Positions 51,383-62,465 of a stretch of 64,000 bases of DNA are shown piece by piece. Source of the stretch: Leucoraja ocellata (lineage: Eukaryota). The number at the start of each line of letters is the position of its first letter. Position 1 is the first letter of the stretch. Position numbers and translations under genes: made by a program. Location: assembly GCA_036785375.1 (NCBI GenBank), contig JAWMAR010000015.1:6634001-6698000 (forward strand), written 5' to 3'. The notes under the pieces are model-generated. The model was not told where the DNA came from, searched no databases, and saw only the letters and a program-made list of their open reading frames with translations.

Positions 51383-52198
51383 GTGAGTTAGTACCCTGTG
51401 TACAGAGAGTAGGAGGAACCCACTGTGTAGAGTAACCCCTAACCTCACTGCTCTTGTGCGCGGAGTGACCCTTGACCCCATGTACCAAGGGACCCTTGTC
51501 ATGACTGACTCTGAACAGTCGTACAGCAGTAGAAACAGGCCCTTTGGCCTACCATGGCCATGCCAATTATTGGACCCATCTATACTAATACCATTTACCT
51601 GCATATGGACCTCAGTCTGTGCGATGCAAGGGCCTGTATAGATGCCTCTTAAATCCTGTGATGTCTCAGCTTCCACCACTGCCTCGGGCAGCACATTCCA
51701 GATTCTAATCACATTCTTTGTGAAAGAATTCCCTTTCAGTTCTCTCTAACCCTCACTTTAAACCCATTCCCTCAAATCTCAGACACCGCTACCATGGGAA
51801 AAAGATTTTTGCTATCAATCCTATCTATTCCGCTCCGCTCATAATTTTGTATACTTCTATTAGATCATTTGTCAGACTCCAATACTCCAGGGAAAGCAAA
51901 TTCAGCTTATCCAGTTTCTCCTTGTATAACTGAGTGTATAACTAGAAAGCATACCTATAAGGTGCAGGAGGCAATGTTTAAAGAAGGTGCAGGGAATGTT
52001 TTTTTACAGAGGATAGTGGTTGCCTTGAACGCTCCGCCAGGCCTGGTGGTGGAGGCGTATACGATCGTGGCTTTTAAGAGGCAATGAATGGAAGATTATG
52101 GATTATGTGCAGGCAGATCTTGGAATCATGTTCTGCACAGACATCCTGGGCCAATGTGCTTGTTCCTGTTCTGTACTGTTCTATGAAATGCTCCAAAC

Positions 52199-52545
52199 CT
52201 GGGGTGGGGAACCTTTACATGGTGGAAGGATGCATTGTTGGCTGTGATCTAATAAGGCCGCATCCAAAAAGCTTCAAATAGATATACTTCAAAATGTACA
52301 TTATTTTGTTAAAATAGCCCTCGTGACTTACTAATGTTTTAATTGTGGCCGTCATTCGGGGAGGATTATTTTGTTGAATGTTCTTTTACTCTTTGGTATT
52401 TTAAATAAGTTTATGATTAAAATAAAAATAATAAAAGATGAACAAAGAACATATTAATAATAATAAAAAGATTTGTTCTACAAAATTTAGATTCATTCAA
52501 AAGGCCGCACTTAATGGCTTAGAAGGCCGCAGGTCCCCACCCCTG
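52199..52545. mobile_element. hAT-Charlie-like MITE, 347 bp
   Basis: TIRs ctggggtggggaacct / aggtccccacccctg; exact 8-bp TSD ctccaaac; empty site present in the paralogous unit at ~50300. Confidence 0.88.
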
Positions 52546-53265
52546 CTCCAAACCATTCAATTTCTCAAATTGTCTAAGCATTTTCCCCAGTGTAATCAGA
52601 CCTGTCCTATCGTGTGGTGACCAGACCTGCTCGCAATACTGAGGTGAGGCCTAACCAGTGTTTTATAAAGCTGTAACACCATGTCCCTGCTCGTATATTC
52701 TCTGCCCTGACCAGTGAAGACAAACATCCCAGATGCCTTCTTCACCACCCTCTCCACGTGCTGCCAGTTCCAGGGATAGGTAGGCTTCTACCCAAAGGTC
52801 CAACTGTTCTTCAACAGTCCAGGCATCTACCGTTTACTGTGTACACCTTACCCTTGACTGCCCTTGGAAAGTGCACCGCCTCACAATTGTCAGGATTAAA
52901 TACCATTTACCGTTGCTGCATCCCGGCTTCCACCTGATCCATACCATGTTATAGTCTCAGACAACCCACCTCCCTCTCCACAAAAACACCAAGTCACCCA
53001 TTGACCCCGTGTACCCCAATAACATGTATACAGATTGACCCCTGGCCACGACCCTGTGTACAGACTGACCCTTGATCCCACTGACCCCGAGTACAATGAC
53101 CCATTACACCTTTTTACCTTGTATAAAGAATAATGATGTCAGGTTGATCATACCCCTCACACCCAGTGCAGGGAACCATCCCAGGCACCGTGGGCAGCTC
53201 AGATTTACATCGGGTGCAGACCTGCAGATTGTCGACGAGTTTATCACTGTGTTTCTGTGTTTTAG

Positions 53266-53310
53266 GATAATTTAGGACGTGAGCCAATGGCCCATCCGGC
53301 AGAGAGACGT
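53266..53310 (+). CDS. Micro-exon 13 (A), DNLGREPMAHPAERR
   Basis: ttttag|45 nt|gtgagttag. Confidence 0.72.
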
Positions 53311-53599
53311 GTGAGTTAGTTCAGGTAGAGGAAACGACAACCCCACTCACCCTGTGAACACGGTGACCCCTGACCCCCCTCGCCCTGTGGACACGGTGAC
53401 CTCTGACCCCACTCACCCTGTGAACACGGTGACCCCTAACCCCACTCACCCTGTGAACACGGTGACTCCTGACCCCACTCACACTGTGAACACGGTGACC
53501 CCTGACCCCACTCACCTTGTGAACCTGGTGACCCCACTCACACAGTGTTTGTCTGACCCCACAGCGACCTGGTCATTTGGATTCTAAACTGCCTTACAC

Positions 53600-54410
53600 A
53601 TTGCAGTCAGTGAGAAGGACTGTCAAATAATTCAGTGGAATGTAGATCAGCAACAGAAATGGCTGAAAAAATGGCAGATTGAGTTAATGTGAGCAAATGT
53701 GTGAGGTTTTGCATTTTGGAGGATTGAATGGAAAAACATACAGTTAATGGCAAGACACTTGATAACATTGATGTACAGAGATCTACATAGCTCCCAGAGA
53801 GTGGCAACACATGCAGATAAAGAAGGCATGTGGTATGCTTGCCCTCGCTGGTTGAGTAGAAGAGTCAGGTAGTCATAATGCAGTTAATGGCCACATTTGG
53901 GGAGTACAGCATGCAGTTCTAATCATCCCATTATTGTGAAGGCTTTGTGGAGAGGTTTAACATAATGCTACTTAGTCCAGGTGGTATTAGCCACAAAGAG
54001 AGGTTGGACAAACTTAGGATTGTTTTCTCTGGAAAGATGGAGGTTGAGGGGTGTCCTGACTGAAGAAAACAAAACGATGAGAGGCATAGATAGGGTAGAC
54101 AGTCAGCACCTTTTTTCCCCAGGGTGGAAATGTCAAAAACTAGAGGGCATAGCTTTAAGGTGAGAGGGGCAAAGCGTAAACGAGATGTGTGGGGCAAGTT
54201 TTACACAAAGGGTGGTCAGTGCCTGGAACATGCTTCTAGTGGTGGTTGTTGAGGTAAATACTATGGTTTTTAAAGAGGCTTTTAGATAGGCATATACATG
54301 TAGAGTGATGTGGATTGTGAGCAGGCAGATGAAATTAGTTTATCTTTGCATCATTTGCAACACAGATATTGTGAGCCGAAGGGCAGTATTTCTTCTGTGT
54401 TCAGAGTGTT
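53600..54410 (+). mobile_element. CR1-like LINE 3' fragment
   Basis: aaaatggcagattgagttaatg; LGLFSLERWRLRG; actagagggcatagctttaaggtgagaggg. Confidence 0.8.
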
Positions 54411-54799
54411 CTGTGTAAAGAGTGGCCCTGAGCTCAATGACACTCTGTCCAGAATGACCATTGACGGTATGTTCATACTGATCCCTGATCCCAGCAACCC
54501 TATGTGTTGTGACCACATATCCACGAACCCTGCGGAAAACCCTGACCTGAGTGACCACCTGCAGTGATCCCTGACCCCAGTTAACCCTATGTATAAACAG
54601 AACCCTGACCTCGCTGACACTGTGTTCAGTAACCACTGGCCCACTGACCCTGTATAAAGGATGAAGATGTCAGGTTGATGTCTGAACCCCCAGGACCCAG
54701 TGCAGGGAGTGATCCCAGGCACTGTGGTCTATTCGGATTTACATCGAGAGCAGCCCTGGAGATCGCTGATGGGTTTGTCTCTGTGTTTCTGTGTTTTAG

Positions 54800-54844
54800 G
54801 ATCATTTAGGACGTGAGGCAGTAACCAGGCCGGCAGAGAAACAA
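54800..54844 (+). CDS. Micro-exon 14 (A), DHLGREAVTRPAEKQ
   Basis: ttttag|45 nt|gtgagttag. Confidence 0.75.
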
Positions 54845-55522
54845 GTGAGTTAGTTCAGGGACAGGGAGCGTCAACCCTAGGAACACAGTGACCCTACTCG
54901 CCTTGTGTACAGAGTGACCCTTCCCGACAAGCATCCCAGATGCCTTCTTCACCACCCCCTCCACTTGTGCTGCCATTTCCAGGGACCAGTGGGCATCAAC
55001 CCAAAGGTCCCTCTGTTCTTCAACACTCTAGAGCTCTGCCGTTTACTGTGTCCACCTTACCCTTGACTGCCCTTGGAAAGTGCACCGCCTCACGAATTGT
55101 CAGGATTAAATACCATCTACAGTTGCTCCATCCAGCCTTCCACCTGATCCATACCATGTTGTAGTCTCAGACAACCCCCCTCCCTCTCCACAAAAACACC
55201 GTCACCCATTGACCCCATGTACTGACTGACCCTGATCCAAGTGAATCTGTGAACAGAGTGACCCCACTGCCCCATAATGTGCAGACAGATTGACCACTGA
55301 CAACGATCCTGTGTACAGACTGACCCTTGATCCCACTGACCCTGAGTTCAATGACCCATTACACTTTTTTACCTTGTATAAAGAATAATGATGTCAGGTT
55401 GATTTTCATACCCCTGACACCCAGTGCAGGGAACCATCCCAGGCACCGTGGGCAGCTCAGATTTACATTGGGAGCGGACCTGCAGATTGCGGATGAGTTT
55501 ATTGCTGTGTTCTGTGTTCTGG

Positions 55523-55568
55523 GGTAATTTAGGACGTGGGCCAATGACCCACCCGGCAGAGAGACATT
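55523..55568 (+). pseudogene. Micro-exon 15 (A), dead copy (pseudo-exon)
   Basis: Acceptor ttttag changed to ttctgg; length 46 nt (extra T before gtgagt). Confidence 0.75.
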
Positions 55569-56067
55569 GTGAGTTAGTTCAGGTAGAGGAGACAACAACC
55601 CCACTCACCCTGTGAACACGGTGACCCCTGACCCCACTCACCCTGTGAACACGGTGCCTCTGACACCGCTCACCTTGTATACAGAGTGACCCTTGACCCC
55701 ACCCACCTTCATCACAGTGTGACCATTTACCCCACTAGCCTTGTATAGAGTGATCCTTGACCCCACTCACCCTCATTACTGTGTGACCCTTGACCTCACT
55801 CAGTGTGTACAGAGCGACCCCATGCACCTTTTGCAGTGACACCTGACCCCACCCACTTGTCTACAGTCACCGCTGACTCCACTCCTCATGTGTACAGAGC
55901 CACCATGACTCACTGTGTACAGCGTGATCCCTGACCCCACATACCCTGTGAGGAGAGTGACTCCTAACAGAGGGCCCCCCGTCATCTCTAGCCTTGCCTT
56001 GGATGGGATTCCTGGTTCATCACAGCTGCAGATCCCACCTCTGACGTCCTGTGTGTTTGTGTTTTAG

Positions 56068-56112
56068 GATTATGACAGACGTGTTACAGCTATGAAGATT
56101 GCAGGGAAACAA
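56068..56112 (+). CDS. Micro-exon 16 (B), DYDRRVTAMKIAGKQ
   Basis: ttttag|45 nt|gtgagttag. Confidence 0.75.
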
Positions 56113-56887
56113 GTGAGTTAGTACCCTGTGTACAGAGAGTAGGAGGAACCCACTGTGCACAGAGTAACCCCTGACCCCACTGCTCTTGTGCCCGGAGTGA
56201 CCCTTGACCACATGTACTGAGGGGACCATTGTCCGGATTGACTCTGTGAACAGTCGTACAGCACTAGAAACAGGCCCTTTGGCCCACCACGGCCATGCCA
56301 ATCATTGGACCCACCTCTACTAATACCATTTACCTGCATATGGACCTCGGTCTCCTCTGCCTGTGAAGCAAGTGCCTGTCTAGATGCTTCTTAAATGCTG
56401 TGATGTCTCTGCTTCCACCACTGCCTCGGGCAGCACATTCCAGGTTCCAATCACTCTCTTTGTGAAAGAATTCCCTTTCAGTCCTCTCTAACCCTCTCAC
56501 TTTAAACCCATTCCCTCAAATCTCAGACAACGCAAGCATGGGGTAAAAGATTTTTGCTATCCATCCTATCTCTTCCACTCCGCTCATAATTTTGTATACT
56601 TCTATCAGGTCATCCGTCAGACTCCAAAACTCCAGGGTGAGCTAATTCAGCCTATCCAATTTTCCCTTATAACTGAGGAATAAATGCCAGCCTGGTGGTG
56701 GAGGCACATACGATTGTGGCATTTAAGAGGCAATGAACGGAGGATTATGGATTATGTGCAGGCAGATCTTGGAATGTTCTGCACAGACATCCTGGACCAA
56801 TGGGCTTATTCCTGTTCTGTACTGTTCTATGAAATGTTCCAAACCATTCAATATATCAAATTGCCAAAGCATGTTCCCTAGTGTAAT

Positions 56888-57010
56888 AGACAATAGGTGC
56901 AGGAGTAGGCCATTCGGTCCTTAGAGCCAGCACTGCCATTCAATGTGATCATGGCTGATCATCCCCAATCAGTACCCCGTTCCTGCCTTCTTTCCATAGC
57001 CCCTGACTCC
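56888..57010 (-). mobile_element. Short CR1-type 3' tail insertion (similar tails at ~58037-58113 and, on +, ~62560-62635)
   Basis: agacaataggtgcaggagtaggccattcgg.. flanked by gtaat on both sides; absent from the paralogous site at ~50345. Confidence 0.75.
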
Positions 57011-57732
57011 GTAATCAGACCTGTCCTATCATGTGGTGACCAGACCTGCTTGCAATACTGAGGTGAGACCTAACCAGTGTTTTATAAAGCTGTAACACCA
57101 TGTCCCTGCTCTTATATTCTCTGCCCTGACCCGTGAAGACAAGCATCCCAGATGCCTTCTTCACCACCCTCTCCACTTGTGCTGCCAGTTCCAGGGATAG
57201 TTAGGCCTCTACCCAAATGTCCATTTGTTCATCAACACTCTAGGCATCTACCGTTTACTGTGTCCACCTTGCCCTTGACTGCCCTTGGAAAGTGCACGTC
57301 CTCACAATTGTCAGGATTAAATACCATCTACAGTTGCTCCATCCAGCCTTCCACCTGATCCATACCGTGTTGTAGTCTCAGACAACCCACCTCCCTCTCC
57401 ACAAAAACACCGTCACCCATTGACCCCATGTACTGACTGACCTTGATCCAACTAAACCTGTGAACAGAGTGACCCCCCCCAACATAACGTGCATACAGAT
57501 TGACCCCTGACCACGACCCGTGCACAAACTGACCCTTGACCCCCACTGACCCCGAATAAAATGACCCTTTACACGTTTTTACCTTGTATAGAGGATGATG
57601 ATATCAGGTTGATGTTCCTACCCCTCACACCCAGTGCAGGGAACCATCCCAGGCACCGTGGGCAGCTAAGATTTATGTTGGGAGCAGACCTCCAGATTGT
57701 TGATGAGTTTATCGGTGTGTTTTGTGTTTTAG

Positions 57733-57777
57733 GATAACTTAGGACGTGAGCCAATGACCCAACCGGCAGAGAGACGT
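57733..57777 (+). CDS. Micro-exon 17 (A), DNLGREPMTQPAERR
   Basis: ttttag|45 nt|gtgagttag. Confidence 0.72.
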
Positions 57778-58241
57778 GTGAGTTAGTTGAGGTTGAGGGA
57801 ACGACAAACCCCACTCACCTTGTAAACACGGTGACCCCTGATCCCACTCACCCTTATACAGGGTGACCATTGACCCCACTCATCCGCGTCACAGTGCGAC
57901 CTTTGACATCACTCATTGTATACAGAGTGACCCCCTGATCCCACCCACTTGTCCACAGTCACCGCTGACGCCACTCCCCATATGTACAGAGCCACCCTGC
58001 CTCACTGTGTACAGCGTGATTCCTGACCCCACATACAATAGACATTAGGTGCAGGAGTAGGCCATACGGCCCTTCGAGCCAGCACCGCCATTTGATGTGA
58101 TCATGGCTGATCATCCTGTGAGGAGAGTGACTCCTAACAGAGGCCCCCCCCCCCGTCACCTCTAACCTTGCCTCAGATGGGGTCCCTGCTTCATCACAGC
58201 TGCAGATCCCACCTCTGACATCCTGTGTGTTTGTGTTTTAG

Positions 58242-58286
58242 GATTATGACAGGCATGTTACAGCTATGAAGATTGCAGGGAAACAA
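58242..58286 (+). CDS. Micro-exon 18 (B), DYDRHVTAMKIAGKQ
   Basis: ttttag|45 nt|gtgagttag. Confidence 0.75.
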
Positions 58287-58723
58287 GTGAGTTAGTACCC
58301 TGTGTACAGAGAGTAGGTGGAACCCACTGTGTACAGAGTAACCCCTAACCTCACTGCTCTTGTGCCCTGCCTCACAATTATCAGGATTAAATACAATCCA
58401 CGGTTGCTCCATCCAGCCTTCCACATGATCCATACCATGTTGTAGTCTCAGACAACCCACCTCCCCCTCCACAAAAGCACCGTCACCCATTGGCCCCATG
58501 TACTGACTGACCTTGATCCAAGTGAACCTGTGAACAGAGTGACCCCCCTCCATAATGTGCATACAGAATGACCCCTGATCACGACCCTGGGTACAGACTG
58601 ACCCTTCATACCCCTCACACCCATTCCAGGGAACCATCCCAGGCACCGTGGGCAGTTCAGATTTACATTGGGAGCGGACCTGCAGATTGTTGATGAGTTT
58701 ATCGCTGTGTTTCTGTGTTTTAG

Positions 58724-58768
58724 GATAATTTAGGACGTGAGCCCATGTCCCAACCGGCAGAGAGACAA
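58724..58768 (+). CDS. Micro-exon 19 (A), DNLGREPMSQPAERQ
   Basis: ttttag|45 nt|gtgagttag. Confidence 0.75.
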
Positions 58769-59294
58769 GTGAGTTAGTTCAGGCAGCGGGAATGACAACC
58801 CCACTCACTGCGAACACGGTGACCCCTGACCCCACTCACCCATTGTACAGTGTCCCCTGAGCCCAGTCACCTTGTGAGTATGGTGACCCATGACCCCGCT
58901 CACCCTGTAAACACAGTAACCCCTGACCCCACTCACCCTGTGCACACGGTGACCCCTGACCCCACTCACCCTGTGAACACAGTGACCCCTGACCCCACTC
59001 GCCTTGTATACAGAGTGACCCTTGACCTCATTCACCCTCTTTACAATGTGACCGTTGACCTCATTCAATGTGTAGAACGACCCCATACACCCTGTGTAGT
59101 GACCCCTGACCCCACCCACCTGTCTACAGTCACCACTGACGCCACTCAGAATGATCCCTGACCCCACATACCCTGTGAGGAGAGCGACTCCTAACGGAGG
59201 GCACCCTATCACCTCTATCCTTGCCTTGGATGGGGTTCCTGCTTCATGGCAGCTGCAGATCCCATCTCTGACATCCTGTGTGTTTGTGTTTTAG

Positions 59295-59339
59295 GATTAT
59301 GATAGACGTGTTACAGCTATGAAGATTGCAGGGAAACAA
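59295..59339 (+). CDS. Micro-exon 20 (B), DYDRRVTAMKIAGKQ
   Basis: ttttag|45 nt|gtgagttag. Confidence 0.75.
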
Positions 59340-60434
59340 GTGAGTTAGTACCCTGTGTACAGAGAGTAGGAGGAACCCACTGTGTACAGAGACACCTGAC
59401 CCCACTGACCTTGTGTAAGGAATGACCCCTGACTCTGCTGACCCTTTGGTCAGAGTGATCACTATTCTTGCCCCCATGCACAAAAATCACCCCTGACCCC
59501 ACTAATCCTAGAACAGAATGAACACTGGCCACACCAGCCTTTGTGCAAAGGGGCCTCTGAACAGGCCTTTGACCCTGTGATAGACACAAAGTGCTGGAGT
59601 AACTCAGCAGGTCAGGCAGCATCTCTGGAGAAAACTAATAGGTAATGTTTCGGGTCAGACTGATGAAGGGTCTCAACACGAAATGTCACCTATTCCTTTT
59701 CTCCAGAGATGTTTCCTGACCCGCTGAGTTACTCAAAAATGTTATGTCTATCATCGGTGTAAACCAGCATCTACAGTTCCTTCTTACACCTTTGTCCCTG
59801 TGTACAGTTTGACACCGTTGCCTTTGACCTTACTGTTAGAGTGACTCCTGAAAACTACATAGTGACAATCTGATTCCTCTGACCCTTTGTTCAGTGACCG
59901 CTGACCCTGTGTATAGACATTACTGAGCCCTGTCCTCAGTGACCTTGTGTAAAGGATGACCTGTCAGTCCTTCTAGCTGAGACAGGCGTTCAGCCCGTCT
60001 ACTGCATTCAATGATGTGGCCTGCTTCCCATTGGCAAGACTGATTCACCGAACACTTGCAGTCGGTCCACCAAGGCATGCTGGATCTCTTGGTTACTGTC
60101 CATTTTAACTCTCCTTCCCATTCCCATATCGACCTGTCTGTCCTGGGCCTCCTCCATTACCAGTGTGAGGCACTACATAATTGGAGGAACCACACCTCAT
60201 ATTCTGCTTGGGTAGCTTACAACCCAACACCTTGCCACAGATAGGTTTCCTGTCCAAACCCAGGCATCGGGAGGGGCCTGTCACCCGGGGCTGTTGCTGT
60301 CGTCACTCGGTGACCCCTTGGTCCCGTTGTCAGTTTCCCGGTGTGAACACCAAGCCTGGGTCTGCTTCATCACAGCCGCAGATCACCGAGACCGACTCCC
60401 ACCTCTGACGTCCTTCTGTGTGTTTGTGTTCTAG

Positions 60435-60479
60435 GAGCGTGGTAGAAATGTCACACCTATGAAGCTTGCAGAGAAACAA
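60435..60479 (+). CDS. Micro-exon 21 (B), ERGRNVTPMKLAEKQ
   Basis: gttctag|45 nt|gtgagttaa. Confidence 0.75.
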
Positions 60480-61713
60480 GTGAGTTAATACCCACGTACA
60501 GAGAACAGCAGGAACCTACTGTGTACAGAGCCACCTGACCCCACTGACCTTGTGTACATAGTACCCCTAACCCTAATGACTATATGTACGGAGTGACCCC
60601 TGATCACACACTCCCTTTGGTCAGAGTGAAGCCTAATCCTGCCCCACGTACAAAATTACCCCTGACCCCACTAATCCTCTGTACAGAATGAACACTGGCA
60701 GCACCAGCCTTTATGCAAAGGGGCCTCTGAACCCTTTGTCCCTGAGATAGACACAAAATGCTGGAGTCACTCAACAGGTTAGGCAGCATCTCTGGAGAAA
60801 ACAGATAGGTTATGTTTCAGATCAGACTGATGAAGGGTCTCGACCCGAAAGGTCACCTATTCCTTTGTTACTCCAGCATTTTGTGTCTTTCTTTGGTGTA
60901 GTTATGCAGTTACTTCTTACACCTTTGACCCTGTGTCCAGTTTGACCCTGTTGCCTTTGACCTTACTGTTAGTGACCCCTGAACACTACAGAGTGACGAT
61001 CGGATTCCTTTGTCAGTGACCGATGGCCGTGTGTATAATCATTACTGAGCCCATGTCCTCACTTGCCCTTTGTAAAGGGTGACCTGTCAGCCCTTCCAGG
61101 TGAGACAGACATTCATGTGCACCTTCTATAACCCCATCTACTGCATACAATGCTATCGATGTGGCCTGCTCCACATTGGCGAGACTGTTTCGCCGAACAC
61201 TTGCAGTCGGTGCACCAAGGCCTGCTGGACCTCTCGGTTACTAACCATCTTAACTCCCCTTCCCATTCCCATAGCGGCCTTTCTGTCCTGGGTCTCATCC
61301 ATTACCAGAGTGAAGCCACACAGAGACTGGAGGAACCACACATCATATTCTGCTTGGGTGGCTTACAACCCAACATGAAAACTGTGTGCAGTGACCCCCA
61401 CCCTCCCCCCCCCCCCCCCCACGGTCCCACCAACATTCTATAGTAAACCCATTCACCCTGTAAGGAGAGTGTCTCCTGACCTCCCTGAGGACCCCCCATC
61501 ACCTCTAACCTTGCCACGGAAGGGATTCCTGTCCAAACCCAGGCATTGGGTGGGGCCTGTCCCCCGGAGCCGGTGCTGTTGTCACTCGGTGCCCCCGTGG
61601 TCCAGTTGCCGGTTTCCCGGTGTGAACACCAAGCCTGGGTCTGCTTCATCACAGCGGCAGATCACCGAGACCGACTCCCACCTCTGACGTCCTTCTGTGT
61701 GTTTGTGTTCTAG

Positions 61714-61758
61714 GAGCATGGTAGAAATGTCACACCTATGAAGCTTGCAGAGAAACAA
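61714..61758 (+). CDS. Micro-exon 22 (B), EHGRNVTPMKLAEKQ
   Basis: gttctag|45 nt|gtgagttag. Confidence 0.75.
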
Positions 61759-62420
61759 GTGAGTTAGTACCCGCGTACAGAGAATAGCACGAACCCACTG
61801 TGTACAGAGCCACCTGACCCCACTGACCTTGTGTACATAGTGACCCCTAACCCCAATGACTATATGTACGGAGTGACCACTGATCCCTCTTTCCCTTTAG
61901 TCAGAGTGATACCCAATCCTGCCACACGTACAAAATTACCCCTGGCCCCACAAACCCTCTATACCGAATGAACACTGGCCACACCAGCAAAGAGGCCTCT
62001 GAACCCTTTGTCCCTGAGATAGGCACAAAATGCTGGAGTCTCTCAGCAGGTTAGGCAGCCATCTCTGGAGAAAACAAATAGGTGACGTTTCAGATCAGAC
62101 TGATGAAGGGTCTTGACCCACCCCCCCACGGTCCCACCAACATTCTATAGTAATCCCATTCACCCTGTAAGGAGAGTGCCCCCTGACCTCCCTTAGGACC
62201 CCCAGTCACCTCTAACCTTTCCACGGAAGGGGTTCCTGGCCAAACCCAGGCATCGGGTGTGGCCTGTCCCCCAGAGCCGGTGCTGTTGTCACTCGGTGCC
62301 CCCGTGGTCCAGTTGCCGGTTTCCCGGTGTGAACACCAAGCCTGGGTCTGCAACATCACAGCCACAGATCACCGAGACCGACTCCCACCTCTGACGTCCT
62401 TCTGTGTGTTTGTGTTTTAG

Positions 62421-62465
62421 GAATATGACAGGCATGTTACAGCTATGAAGATTGCAGGGAAACAA
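62421..62465 (+). CDS. Micro-exon 23 (B), EYDRHVTAMKIAGKQ
   Basis: ttttag|45 nt|gtgagttag. Confidence 0.75.

Noticed and set aside
45583-61687. Recurrent ORFs such as LTHLFPCNLHSCNTS..KHKHTG (minus) and QPQITETDSHL (plus)
   Set aside because: Antisense or intronic translations of the duplicated B-unit; frames and ends differ between copies.
39359-62465. CRISPR-like or V(D)J-like reading of the repeat array
   Set aside because: Eukaryotic intron context, irregular spacing of 0.3-3.5 kb, no cas genes, and cacagtg occurrences lack spaced nonamers. The conserved flanks are splice signals.
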